Part shown: one piece after another, positions 1 through 8,997 of the stretch
Position numbering within the stretch: position 1 is the first letter of the stretch
How the letters are laid out: every line of letters starts with the position of its first letter
NCBI GenBank assembly: GCA_017460885.1
Contig: JAFUAB010000018.1
Location: forward strand, 17,726-81,725
Reading direction: 5' to 3'
Origin: Lachnospiraceae bacterium
Lineage (GTDB): Bacteria > Bacillota > Clostridia > Lachnospirales > Lachnospiraceae
Length of the DNA stretch: 64,000 nucleotides
Translations under genes and position numbers: made by a program
The notes under the pieces: generated by a model
Told to the model about the DNA's origin: nothing
Databases searched by the model: none
Seen by the model: the letters and a program-made list of their open reading frames with translations, nothing else

Positions 1-318
1 AGGGAGATCGAGGAGATGTACAGGATCCTTTTTGCACATCCGCTTGTACAGGCGATCACCACCTGGGATTTCAAGGATGGTGCGTGGCTGAAGGCGCCGA
101 GCGGATTCCTCAGGCTTGATAATTCACGCAAGCCCTCATTCGACATGCTCAAAAGGCTGGTTAAGCAGGAGTGGTGGACGGATGTTTCCGTACAAACCGA
201 TGAAAACGGCTGGGCGCAGATAGATGCTTTCAAGGGGAAATATCGCATAACGGCAGATGATATTGCCGCTGAGGCTTCTTTGACGGATGACAGTGAAGAA
301 GTGATCGTGATAGGATAA
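1..318 (+). CDS. C-terminal part of a GH10 endo-1,4-beta-xylanase-like glycoside hydrolase (5'-truncated by window)
   Basis: YRILFAHPLVQAITTWDFKDGAWL..PSGFLRLDNSRKPSF..L..LV..EWWT resembles the C-terminal beta8 region of GH10 enzymes, followed by a small beta domain; frame is open to the window start. Confidence 0.75.
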   Translation, partial: REIEEMYRILFAHPLVQAITTWDFKDGAWLKAPSGFLRLDNSRKPSFDMLKRLVKQEWWTDVSVQTDENGWAQIDAFKGKYRITADDIAAEASLTDDSEEVIVIG

Positions 319-322
319 CGGT

Positions 323-1204
323 ATGAGTATCAATATCAATAATAATGCGTCTCAGATCCCGACACTTACCGAAGCGGCAGGCGGGGTCGTTACTCCGGAC
401 GGCCGCATCAGCGCATCAAAGGAAACCGTAATAACGGAGCATACGATTGAGATATCCGTTAACGGCATTTCTGTTGCAAGGCTTAACTGTACGCCCGCAG
501 ACCTTACGGAGCTTGTGTTGGGGCGGCTGTATACCGAGCGTATAATAGACAGCTCCGATGACGTTAAGAGGCTTTTTATCTGCGGACAGGGAGATATTGC
601 GGAGGTGGAGCTTGAGTCCGGGATCGAGCTTGAGGAGAGCGTGGTCACCGAGCCCACCTGCTGTACAGCCAACAGACAGCTCCTTGTCAAAAAGAACGGA
701 CGGAGGCTGAGTCAATTGAACGCCGGAGTTACCGGTGTAGCCATCACGTCAGACTTTTGCATAGGTAACCGGGCCACACCTTCGGACGGGGATGATCCGG
801 CGAAAGCTTCCACGATAGGATCGAACGAATTCAATTTCGCAGTCTTCTCCATGACCGAGTATTTCAGAAATGATTCGAGACTTCATAAGTCTACGGGCGG
901 TACTCACAGCTGTTATCTGAGAAGTCCTGAGGGTGAGATACGGGGGTTCGAAGATGTCAGCCGGCATAATGCCCTGGACAAGGCGGTGGGGTATATGCTT
1001 CTGCAGAAGCTTGACCCTTACAGATGTATGCTTTTTACTTCGGGACGGATAGCCTCGGATATGGCACAAAAGGCGATCGCTTCAGGCATTCCGGTGCTTA
1101 TCAGCAAGGCTGTTCCCACGGACGAGGCATTGAGACTGGCCCGCGAATACGGATTGACGCTGATCGCAAAGGCCTGGCCGGATTCGTATACTCTTTTTAA
1201 CTGA
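323..1204 (+). CDS. fdhD: Formate dehydrogenase accessory sulfurtransferase FdhD
   Basis: CTP..L.ELVLG.LYTE, TGGTH, EDVSRHNALDKAVG, FTSGRIASDM..KA...GIPVLISKAVPT..A..LA motifs. Confidence 0.92.
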   Translation: MSININNNASQIPTLTEAAGGVVTPDGRISASKETVITEHTIEISVNGISVARLNCTPADLTELVLGRLYTERIIDSSDDVKRLFICGQGDIAEVELESGIELEESVVTEPTCCTANRQLLVKKNGRRLSQLNAGVTGVAITSDFCIGNRATPSDGDDPAKASTIGSNEFNFAVFSMTEYFRNDSRLHKSTGGTHSCYLRSPEGEIRGFEDVSRHNALDKAVGYMLLQKLDPYRCMLFTSGRIASDMAQKAIASGIPVLISKAVPTDEALRLAREYGLTLIAKAWPDSYTLFN

Positions 1205-1350
1205 TATAGTAAACGACAAAAGTATTTATACTTTTCGTCGTTTACTGCGCCGGATTTGCTATGCGAAGCATTGATTTCCCCTGCAAATCCGTGCGCATCC
1301 TGCCGGAGGCTTTATAGTGAACGTCAAAGTATTTTTGACGTTCACTATAA
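1205..1350. mobile_element. Three-hairpin MITE/REP-like element with TATAGT(A/G)AACG ends
   Basis: Left end TATAGTAAACG, right end CGTTCACTATA (imperfect TIR). Hairpins agtaaacgacaaaagt/acttttcgtcgtttact, gcgccggatttgc/gcaaatccgtgcgc and ttatagtgaacgtcaaa/tttgacgttcactataa. Starts immediately after the fdhD stop. Confidence 0.65.
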
Positions 1351-1436
1351 TTCAGACCGGATCCATATGCTCTGCCCGACAGTTTTTGGCCCGATTCTTA
1401 TTGTACATCCTGCATTAATTTTGATATATTTAAGTA

Positions 1437-2303
1437 ATGAAACCAAAGATCAGCTATCAAAGATCCAGGATAGACAAACAGATACTTGGGAAGCTTCTTC
1501 CGGACTATGTGAACGTTCAGCTGGCGGACAACAGATCCTATGTATATACCGCGATCGACAGCGTGTCCGGAAATGTGGTGGGGGTGGCTGTATTTACCAT
1601 GCCGGAGACACTGCATACGGCTGCTCAGCTTCTGTATGTCATTGTCGATTCGGAGCACCGAAACTTGGGTGTTGCCGGGAATCTGATCGACTACGGATGT
1701 GACGAGATCAAAAGTGCCGGTGCCGGGTATGTGTTTTACAGACAGATCTCGGAGAATGCCGAGGATCTGATAACACCCTTTGAGTTTGCCGTAAATATAG
1801 ACTTCCATGCCGTATCTGTAGGAACCGGATTGCTGGTATATTCTGCTGACACTGTTGTACGCAATCCGGTGATCAAAAAAGTGATCTCCGAGCATAAAAA
1901 ATACATAAGTATCTGTACTATCAATAATTTTTCGGATCCGCTGATCCTTAAGTATAATCAGAAGGTCAAAAACGTGTTTGAGATAATTTCCGAGAGTACT
2001 GTGAATCTGGAATTATCGCGATTCGTTGTAAGGGATGATGCTATTCTTGCCGGCGTGTTGGTGGCACCGGTAAATGCCGGAGTTTTGATGATCCACGGCC
2101 ATTTTCCCAATGTGTCTGAATCGGAAAAACAGGAGGGGATGAAGATCCTGATCGCGAAAGTGATCGCTGAGGGTATACTTAACGAAGAGATCCGGACCGT
2201 GTGCATCAGGGAATCCTATGAGTGGAGCAGCCGGGCTATGACGGAAATCCTCGGTATTCCGGAAATGCATTATCGTGAGATAAATCTTGTACGTACCCTT
2301 TGA
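1437..2303 (+). CDS. GNAT-fold protein (probable tandem GNAT-like)
   Basis: VVGVAVF...AQLLYVIVDSEHRNLGVAGNLI resembles GNAT motif A (V.xxxR.xG.a); 288 aa. Confidence 0.65.
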   Translation: MKPKISYQRSRIDKQILGKLLPDYVNVQLADNRSYVYTAIDSVSGNVVGVAVFTMPETLHTAAQLLYVIVDSEHRNLGVAGNLIDYGCDEIKSAGAGYVFYRQISENAEDLITPFEFAVNIDFHAVSVGTGLLVYSADTVVRNPVIKKVISEHKKYISICTINNFSDPLILKYNQKVKNVFEIISESTVNLELSRFVVRDDAILAGVLVAPVNAGVLMIHGHFPNVSESEKQEGMKILIAKVIAEGILNEEIRTVCIRESYEWSSRAMTEILGIPEMHYREINLVRTL

Positions 2304-2559
2304 TGCCGTATACTACTGCATCGAGGCTTTCGGATACGTGCTATCGTTTGGAATCGTTATATTACTACGGCGAGGCTTTCTGATTCAGATATCGGGAAAG
2401 CATGCAAGTGAAATGACCAGGTTAATTCGCTACGGTTCCTTACTATGTCAAGATTTCTTGATGCAGCAGATGGGCATTTAGACAAGTCAGATGTATAGGT
2501 TATTTACGCACAGTTCCTTAGCCCCGACAAAATGCTGACAGACCATAAGAGGTAGTAAT

Positions 2560-5500
2560 ATGGATATTGAAAAGCTTGTTGAACAGGACATAAACAAACA
2601 TCTGAATAAACCGCTGAACGAACCCGTAAGTAAAAGTGAGGAGATTCAGAAAGAATATCTTATAAAGTCTTCCGAGCTGAAAAAAACAGAGTCAGACGTA
2701 TCTGTGAATAAATCCGGCGGTTCGGAAGGTAATCTTAATGACAGTCTCATTGAATCGGGCAATAAGATCAGGAGTAATCTGGATATCATCGAAGAAAAGG
2801 AAGAAAATGAGGAGAGTTTCAGCATCTATGATTCCGGGAGGAATCTGCTTGAGGATATAGAATATGACGAAAACGAAATAAACATCATTCCCAAAACAAC
2901 CCACAAAAAGACCGATAAACGGATACGGAAGAGTGTATATGCCGGTCCCGTGCCGGTAGGTGTGGTAAGGGACGGATCGGTATATAACAGGGTTAAGGCA
3001 TCCAGGGATGAGGCCGTGCTGCTGACTAAGGATGTATTGTGTGAAAAGCTTAAGGGCTTTGATCTGGTATGGTCACAGGTTCGGGACGTGGAAGAGTCTC
3101 TCCGCGGCACGGGCTCGTACAGCTTCAGAGAACTCAAAAGAGCCGTCAGGGAGGTTCAAAAGGTTCTGGATCTGAAGAGTAAAGCCCGGCTGAATGATGA
3201 AGAAGTGATGGAGGCTGTGGCTGCCATACAGAGACTTTCACAGGCCGCCTCCAACTACTTTTATATGCATCGGGGACATATTGTTCACGAGGATGGTAAG
3301 CTGCGTAAAAGGCTTGCAGAATCCCTGCGCGATGCAACAGAAGTCTTTTTCAGGCAGTTTGGCGGCAATAAACTGATGAAGCAGGCACTTAAGCCCACTT
3401 TTCTTCAACCGGGAGATCATGATCCCGCATTGAAGTCCGAAGCCGAATCGGGTATGAAGGAGCTCTCAGGTGTCTATAAGAAGTGGATGAAGCATATCGC
3501 CCAGAATTCCTGTGTTGCGTCTCCTAAGGAGCTGCTGCGTCAGAAGCTGGATGTGTTTGCGGCTTATGAGAAAAACCTGCGAATCTATATCAATACGCAT
3601 GACATCAGGACGATCGATCGCGAATACAGGCTGATCATTGAAGATTATAAGAGAAGCCTGATAGAGATGGCTGCCGTGGAAAAGGCCGACAGCACTTTTT
3701 CCGACCGGGAGAAAAAGAAGACCCTCGGAGACCTTATTGATGACCATGTTTATACCGAGGGTGAAGTCAGCGTCAAGAAGCATCTTGAGTTTAATGAAGA
3801 CGATGAGGGGCTTAATCCTGAACAGCTAAAAGGAATAGAGGCGATCGACCGCTGGCTCATCCGCAATTTCAACAACGGCGGAGCCATGCGCATGTTTTCG
3901 CATCTGCGTAACCGTAACGGTGAGTTTGTGAGTCAGATACTGGCACGCTCTAAGAGGGAGCGTCTGCATATGTATTATCTTGTAGAGAAGAACGCGCGTA
4001 AAAATGCCTCTCTGCTCGATGCGGTCGTTTCTCAGAGCGGGGATTACATTCCCAATCTGTCAGCTTTTAAAAACCGGATGCTTGCGACCAAATGGAAGTT
4101 CATTTCACACATTACCGGTAAATATGTATATATGAATAAACTGGCGGACGCATTTGCCATCACGGAGAATGAACGGATGCTGTCGGCTGTCAGTGATGCT
4201 GCGATGATCACATCTCCCCAAACCGGTATGGGTCCGGTCGAAAAACGCAGGAATACGCTGCTTCGTTTCTATATAGAGCTTGAAGACTATAAGACACTTC
4301 TGGAAAAATACCGGTCCGGTTCCGATGGGGAAATGAAAAATATGGACAGCCGGATCCGCGGTAAAGCTCAGGAAGCCCAGAAGGTATTGGCCGAGCTGGC
4401 AGCAGCGGATGATGACGTCATGGAGATGACCAAAGAAGGCGATCTCAGAAAGGGTGATGTAAAGGATCAGTCCGGTGTCAGTCCCAAAGCTTACAGTGCG
4501 TACAGTGATGTCACGACACAGATCACTTCGGATACGGGCTATGTGACGAATTTCAGCAGGGTTGTTCCAAAGGCTATGACAACCACGTTTAAGGAATATG
4601 GCATTGGCTGGGGTTTAAGTGCGGCAGGCTGGAAGGATCTGCTGTTTTGGGGAGGAAATGTAAATACCGCATTGTCGTCGATCAGTGGATTGCTGTCGAC
4701 CGTTTCGGGTATATACAGCCTGGCAGTGGGACACCAGGATATGAGTGCGGGAGATATCACGGAAAGGATATTCGGTCTGATAAATTCCGTCGCAGGTACG
4801 GTAACGGGAACATGGTCAGCCGTTGAAACCGGTCTCAATGTTACGGGAACGGTGGAAAAGGCACTGCAGGCCGGGGAATCCGCGAAGGAGATCATTGCCA
4901 AGACCACCGCAGCATCATCTGCCCTGCAGTATGCCTTTATCGGAACCACGCTTGCTTCCGGAGCGACCAGCATCGTCAAATGGGCATCGCTGGCAAGTCA
5001 GGCCCGGAATGCTTACAAAGCCAATCAATATTTCGAACGCAAATATCGCAATGATGATCTGATAAAAAATGATGATGAGGAAGAGATCGTTAAGTCAAAG
5101 GAAGAGCTTGAGAAGGATCGCCTTAAGGAACTTGCGAGAAGGCGTGAGAAGAAATATGATCTGAACATGAGCAAGCTATCCGATCATTTACGCGAGAAGA
5201 GCCGGAACTCTGCGATCTACAGCACCATCAGTACGGGACTTGGAATAGCGGGACTTATACTTCCGGGTATAGGACCCGTTGTAACGTCTGCGATCGGTGC
5301 CGTTTTTTCCATCACCACAACGGTTCTCGATGCGGTCAAAAAGGGTCAGGTTCAGAAGGCGACCTTTGACCGGTTCTTTGATATGGACAATATCACGGAG
5401 CAGGTCTATAACTTCAAACATAAGAACGACAAACCGCGAGATCCTGCCGATATACAGAAGCAGGATAAGGAATTTCTCAAGGAAAGGCTGCGCAGGCGTG

Positions 5501-5715
5501 TGGCCGCCGCGGCAGGTTTCCCCAATATGGCGGTTGCTCACAGCTATGTGACAGGCAAATACGCGGAATTCGTTTTCAATAAAATATATGATAAATCGCT
5601 GCCCGAAGCAGACAGGGAAGGATATGTTCAGTTTGTGAAATCCCTGCGGCTTCCGGTCGATCTTAAAAAGGGTATTCCTTCGGTGGCCTCCATCAAGGGA
5701 AAGATGATGATGTGA
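2560..5715 (+). CDS. Large protein without signal peptide (1051 aa), putative toxin/effector with translocator-like hydrophobic C-terminal helices
   Basis: RBS gaggt upstream; charged low-complexity N-terminus; Ser/Thr/Gly/Ala-rich amphipathic region and hydrophobic hairpin STISTGLGIAGLILPGIGPVVTSAIGAVFSITT. Function is inferred. Confidence 0.6.
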   Translation: MDIEKLVEQDINKHLNKPLNEPVSKSEEIQKEYLIKSSELKKTESDVSVNKSGGSEGNLNDSLIESGNKIRSNLDIIEEKEENEESFSIYDSGRNLLEDIEYDENEINIIPKTTHKKTDKRIRKSVYAGPVPVGVVRDGSVYNRVKASRDEAVLLTKDVLCEKLKGFDLVWSQVRDVEESLRGTGSYSFRELKRAVREVQKVLDLKSKARLNDEEVMEAVAAIQRLSQAASNYFYMHRGHIVHEDGKLRKRLAESLRDATEVFFRQFGGNKLMKQALKPTFLQPGDHDPALKSEAESGMKELSGVYKKWMKHIAQNSCVASPKELLRQKLDVFAAYEKNLRIYINTHDIRTIDREYRLIIEDYKRSLIEMAAVEKADSTFSDREKKKTLGDLIDDHVYTEGEVSVKKHLEFNEDDEGLNPEQLKGIEAIDRWLIRNFNNGGAMRMFSHLRNRNGEFVSQILARSKRERLHMYYLVEKNARKNASLLDAVVSQSGDYIPNLSAFKNRMLATKWKFISHITGKYVYMNKLADAFAITENERMLSAVSDAAMITSPQTGMGPVEKRRNTLLRFYIELEDYKTLLEKYRSGSDGEMKNMDSRIRGKAQEAQKVLAELAAADDDVMEMTKEGDLRKGDVKDQSGVSPKAYSAYSDVTTQITSDTGYVTNFSRVVPKAMTTTFKEYGIGWGLSAAGWKDLLFWGGNVNTALSSISGLLSTVSGIYSLAVGHQDMSAGDITERIFGLINSVAGTVTGTWSAVETGLNVTGTVEKALQAGESAKEIIAKTTAASSALQYAFIGTTLASGATSIVKWASLASQARNAYKANQYFERKYRNDDLIKNDDEEEIVKSKEELEKDRLKELARRREKKYDLNMSKLSDHLREKSRNSAIYSTISTGLGIAGLILPGIGPVVTSAIGAVFSITTTVLDAVKKGQVQKATFDRFFDMDNITEQVYNFKHKNDKPRDPADIQKQDKEFLKERLRRRVAAAAGFPNMAVAHSYVTGKYAEFVFNKIYDKSLPEADREGYVQFVKSLRLPVDLKKGIPSVASIKGKMMM

Positions 5716-5735
5716 AAATATTTGGGAGGAGTAAA

Positions 5736-6272
5736 ATGGATCTTAATTCATTGAATAAAACAAGACATGATCTGTTGGCGGAAATAGAAAATGAGCTTCA
5801 GGAGAATCTGATAGCCGCCAGACTTCTAGAACCCGGGCAGGAGGGGGATCCGGATATCCTCACCGTTATCTTTGATGAACTGGGCTCGGGAGAGGAAGAG
5901 GCATTCGGAGAGTTCTGTTTCCTGCCGACTGTATCGGAAGAGGCTGATATTCAGTATTTTTCGTCGATCATAACGCTGTCTGATGATGTCTCTCCCGAGT
6001 ATCTTACTGTTTTGTACGAGGCAATGTCGTATATCAACTTCAAGCTTCCCTGCGGCAGCTTCCAGATAGACGATTCCCATACATTCCTGACCTATAAACT
6101 GACTGCTCCGCTTCCCATAGAGCTATCCGGCGAAGCCCTCAAGGTACAGGTCGACATGCTGATGGGCAACACTGTCGCTGTTACCAGCGGTTACTTTGAT
6201 CTGATCCTCTCGCTCTCCCGCGGAGAGGCCTCCATCGACAATGTCCTTGAAATCCTCGGTGTAGAGCCCTGA
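5736..6272 (+). CDS. Small acidic YbjN/CesT-like (type III secretion chaperone fold) protein
   Basis: RBS ggagga before ATG 5736; acidic; LYEAMSYINFKLPCGSFQID....LTYK resembles the N....G.F.ld signature of YbjN/CesT-type chaperones. Confidence 0.55.
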   Translation: MDLNSLNKTRHDLLAEIENELQENLIAARLLEPGQEGDPDILTVIFDELGSGEEEAFGEFCFLPTVSEEADIQYFSSIITLSDDVSPEYLTVLYEAMSYINFKLPCGSFQIDDSHTFLTYKLTAPLPIELSGEALKVQVDMLMGNTVAVTSGYFDLILSLSRGEASIDNVLEILGVEP

Positions 6273-6292
6273 TGTGTCACCGGATGACGCTC

Positions 6293-6348
6293 GGGGACGG
6301 AGTCACAGTGTCAAAAAAATGTGTCGGCAGAACCGTCCCGTTGACACA
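6293..6348. repeat. REP-like inverted pair GGGGACGG...GAACCGTCCC
   Basis: ggggacgg at 6293 and gaaccgtccc at 6330; the same core recurs at 12992, 13352, 13383 and 56010. Confidence 0.55.
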
Positions 6349-6362
6349 TAGGGTTAATCGAT

Positions 6363-6390
6363 TTGCTTTTTTTATAATATGGCGTATAAT
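6363..6390 (+). promoter_or_regulatory. Putative sigma-A promoter for the MMPL operon
   Basis: TTGCTT-16 nt-TATAAT, about 57 nt upstream of ATG 6448. Confidence 0.4.
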
Positions 6391-6447
6391 AGACGATTGA
6401 GGGACTTGATGCGGTTTACATAACGCGATACGGAGAATTGATTAACC

Positions 6448-8997
6448 ATGGAAGAAGAGAAAAAACCGGCATCCGGCAACGGCTTTATGCTGAAGATCTG
6501 CGGATTTATAGTAGATAAACGCAACCTTTTTTTCTTAATATATATTATTCTGGCCGTTTTCTCGGCAGTATCCCGCAACTGGGTTCATGTAGAAAATGAA
6601 ATATCCAAATATCTGCCGGCGGATTCCGAGACCAGACAGGGGCTGGATCTGATGGAAGAGGAATTCGTGACCTACGGATCAGTGAGTGTTATGGTTGCGA
6701 ATGTCTCATATGAACAGGGAGAGACGATCCGTGACGGTCTGGAAGAGATAGAGGGTGTTTTTTCGGTTGATTACGATGATACGACCGCACACTATACATA
6801 CGGCTCCGCACTTTATAATGTGACCTTCGATTATGATCAGAATGACGACCGGTGTCTGGACTCACTGGATCTTGTAGAGCAGTATGTGGAGAAGTACGAT
6901 TCATATATCAAGACGGATCTCGGCGATACACAGTCCGAACTGATCAACGAGGAAATGCAGACCATCTCCGTAATAGTGGTCATCGTAGTCGTGACGGTTC
7001 TACTACTGACATCACAGGCCTACGCAGAGGTTCCGGTTTTGCTGATCACCTTCGGCTCCGCGGCGCTTGTGCAGATGGGAACCAACTTCCTGCTCGGAAC
7101 GATTTCCTTTGTATCCGATTCGGTGACCATTGTGCTGCAGCTGGCGCTGTCGGTGGACTATGCGGTCATACTTCTGAACCGCTATAAGGAGGAGCATCAG
7201 ACACTTGCCCCCAGAGAAGCCACCATCGTCGCACTTTCCAAGGCGATCCCCGAGATCTCGGGCAGCTCCCTGACAACCATGGGCGGACTCATAGCCATGA
7301 TGTTCATGCAGTTCAAAATGGGTGCCGACATGGGTATTGTCCTGATCAAGGCCATAGTCTTAAGCCTTATTTCCGTCTTTCTGCTGATGCCCGGCATCAT
7401 CATGCTCTTCTCGGGACTGATGGACAAAACTAAGCATAAAAATTTCATTCCCGATATCCCTTTTGTGGGCAAATTCGCATATATGAGCCGGTATATCATT
7501 GCTCCGGCCTTTCTCGTGATCATCTGCTTCGCGTATGTGATCTCAGGCAAATGCCCTTATGTGTACGGCTACAGCAAGATCACACCGCCGATCATCAACA
7601 GCGTTCAGGTTGCGGACAACATGCAGAAGGAATATTTCGATACCAAAAACATGTGTGCCGTCTGCGTTCCTGCGGGTGACTATTCGGCAGAGGCACAGCT
7701 TCTTAAGGAACTTGAAAGCTTTGAGGAGGTTGATTCAACCGTTGGCCTTGCAAACACCGAGGCGATAGGAGGATATAATCTGACGGACAGGCTGACGCCC
7801 AGACAGTTTTCGGAGCTTCTGGACATAGACTATGAGATCGCGGAGCTGGTGTATGCGGCGTATGCGGTGGATGATGCCAATTACGGCAAGGTCATCAACG
7901 GGCTTTCCGGTTACGGAGTGCCGCTCATCGATATGTTCATGTTTATCTATAAGGAAGTCGATGAGGGTTATGTGACTCTGGATGCCGATCTGATGGAGAC
8001 TCTCGAGAATGCGAACCGTATGATGAATTTCGCCAAAAACCAGCTTCAGGGCGAGAACTATTCGCGTATGCTGGTCTACCTTAATCTCCCCGAGGAATCG
8101 GATGAGACCTTTGAATTTATCGACAGGATACACGAGATCGCGGCTAAGTATTACGGAGATGCCAGGGTTTACGTGGTAGGTCAGTCGGTCAGCGATTATG
8201 ATCTGCAGAAATGCTTCGACAGGGATAACAGGGTGGTTAACATCGTATCGATTCTGGCGGTGCTCGCGGTGCTCCTTTTTACCTTCAAATCCGCGGGAAT
8301 GCCGGTGCTGCTGATCATAGTCATACAGGGAAGCATCTGGATCAACTTCTCGGTGCCTTCGATACAGAATGATTATCTTTTCTTCCTGGGATATCTGATC
8401 GTCAGCTCCATACAGATGGGTGCCAATATCGACTACGCGATCGTTATAGCCTCCAGATATACCGAGCTCAGGGGCAGCATGCTCCGCAAGGAAGCGATCA
8501 TCAATACCATGAACCTGTCCTTCCCGACGATCATCACCTCCGGCACTATGCTGGCTGTGGCCGGTACATTGATCGGCAGGATGACCTCGGACTGTGCGAT
8601 CTACGGTATAGGAAAATGTCTGGGGCGCGGAACCATCATATCCATTTTCATCACAATGTTTGTATTGCCCCAGATCCTGCTGGTTGGCGATAAGATCATT
8701 GAAAAGACCGCTTTTGTAATGAATATGCCAGTCAGAACGAGAACGGCGGTCGGTACCATGCGCATCGACGGTCTGGTCAGAGGCCATATCGACGGTACCG
8801 TCAACGGAACCATGCATGCCGTTGTCAAAGGAAATGTCAGCGCTTACATCGACTCTGAGGCTATCACCGAGCTGCCGGATGAGGAAACCGATCCTTCGTT
8901 CGATTCTGCCGAGGGTGCCGAAACCGGGGCAGCGCTTTCGCAGTCAGCGAACGATCCCGGAGAAGGCTCCCCGGATGCGAATGCTCTTCCACAATAA
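6448..8997 (+). CDS. MMPL/RND family membrane transporter
   Basis: Two sets of TM helices separated by large extracellular loops; LQLALSVDYAVILLNRYKEE and IQMGANIDYAIVIASRY motifs. Confidence 0.88.
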   Translation: MEEEKKPASGNGFMLKICGFIVDKRNLFFLIYIILAVFSAVSRNWVHVENEISKYLPADSETRQGLDLMEEEFVTYGSVSVMVANVSYEQGETIRDGLEEIEGVFSVDYDDTTAHYTYGSALYNVTFDYDQNDDRCLDSLDLVEQYVEKYDSYIKTDLGDTQSELINEEMQTISVIVVIVVVTVLLLTSQAYAEVPVLLITFGSAALVQMGTNFLLGTISFVSDSVTIVLQLALSVDYAVILLNRYKEEHQTLAPREATIVALSKAIPEISGSSLTTMGGLIAMMFMQFKMGADMGIVLIKAIVLSLISVFLLMPGIIMLFSGLMDKTKHKNFIPDIPFVGKFAYMSRYIIAPAFLVIICFAYVISGKCPYVYGYSKITPPIINSVQVADNMQKEYFDTKNMCAVCVPAGDYSAEAQLLKELESFEEVDSTVGLANTEAIGGYNLTDRLTPRQFSELLDIDYEIAELVYAAYAVDDANYGKVINGLSGYGVPLIDMFMFIYKEVDEGYVTLDADLMETLENANRMMNFAKNQLQGENYSRMLVYLNLPEESDETFEFIDRIHEIAAKYYGDARVYVVGQSVSDYDLQKCFDRDNRVVNIVSILAVLAVLLFTFKSAGMPVLLIIVIQGSIWINFSVPSIQNDYLFFLGYLIVSSIQMGANIDYAIVIASRYTELRGSMLRKEAIINTMNLSFPTIITSGTMLAVAGTLIGRMTSDCAIYGIGKCLGRGTIISIFITMFVLPQILLVGDKIIEKTAFVMNMPVRTRTAVGTMRIDGLVRGHIDGTVNGTMHAVVKGNVSAYIDSEAITELPDEETDPSFDSAEGAETGAALSQSANDPGEGSPDANALPQ

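Noticed and set aside
1256-1702. 148-aa ORF overlapping the repeat and the GNAT gene
   Set aside because: Starts inside a hairpin element and overlaps the better ORF 1437-2303 out of frame.
2287-2481. 64-aa ORF between the GNAT and giant genes
   Set aside because: TTG start inside the upstream gene, no RBS, no motif.
2300-2560. Sigma-28 (flagellar) promoter upstream of the giant proteins, which would suggest flagellar export
   Set aside because: No convincing TAAA-N15-GCCGATA match here or upstream of 25434 or 38064.
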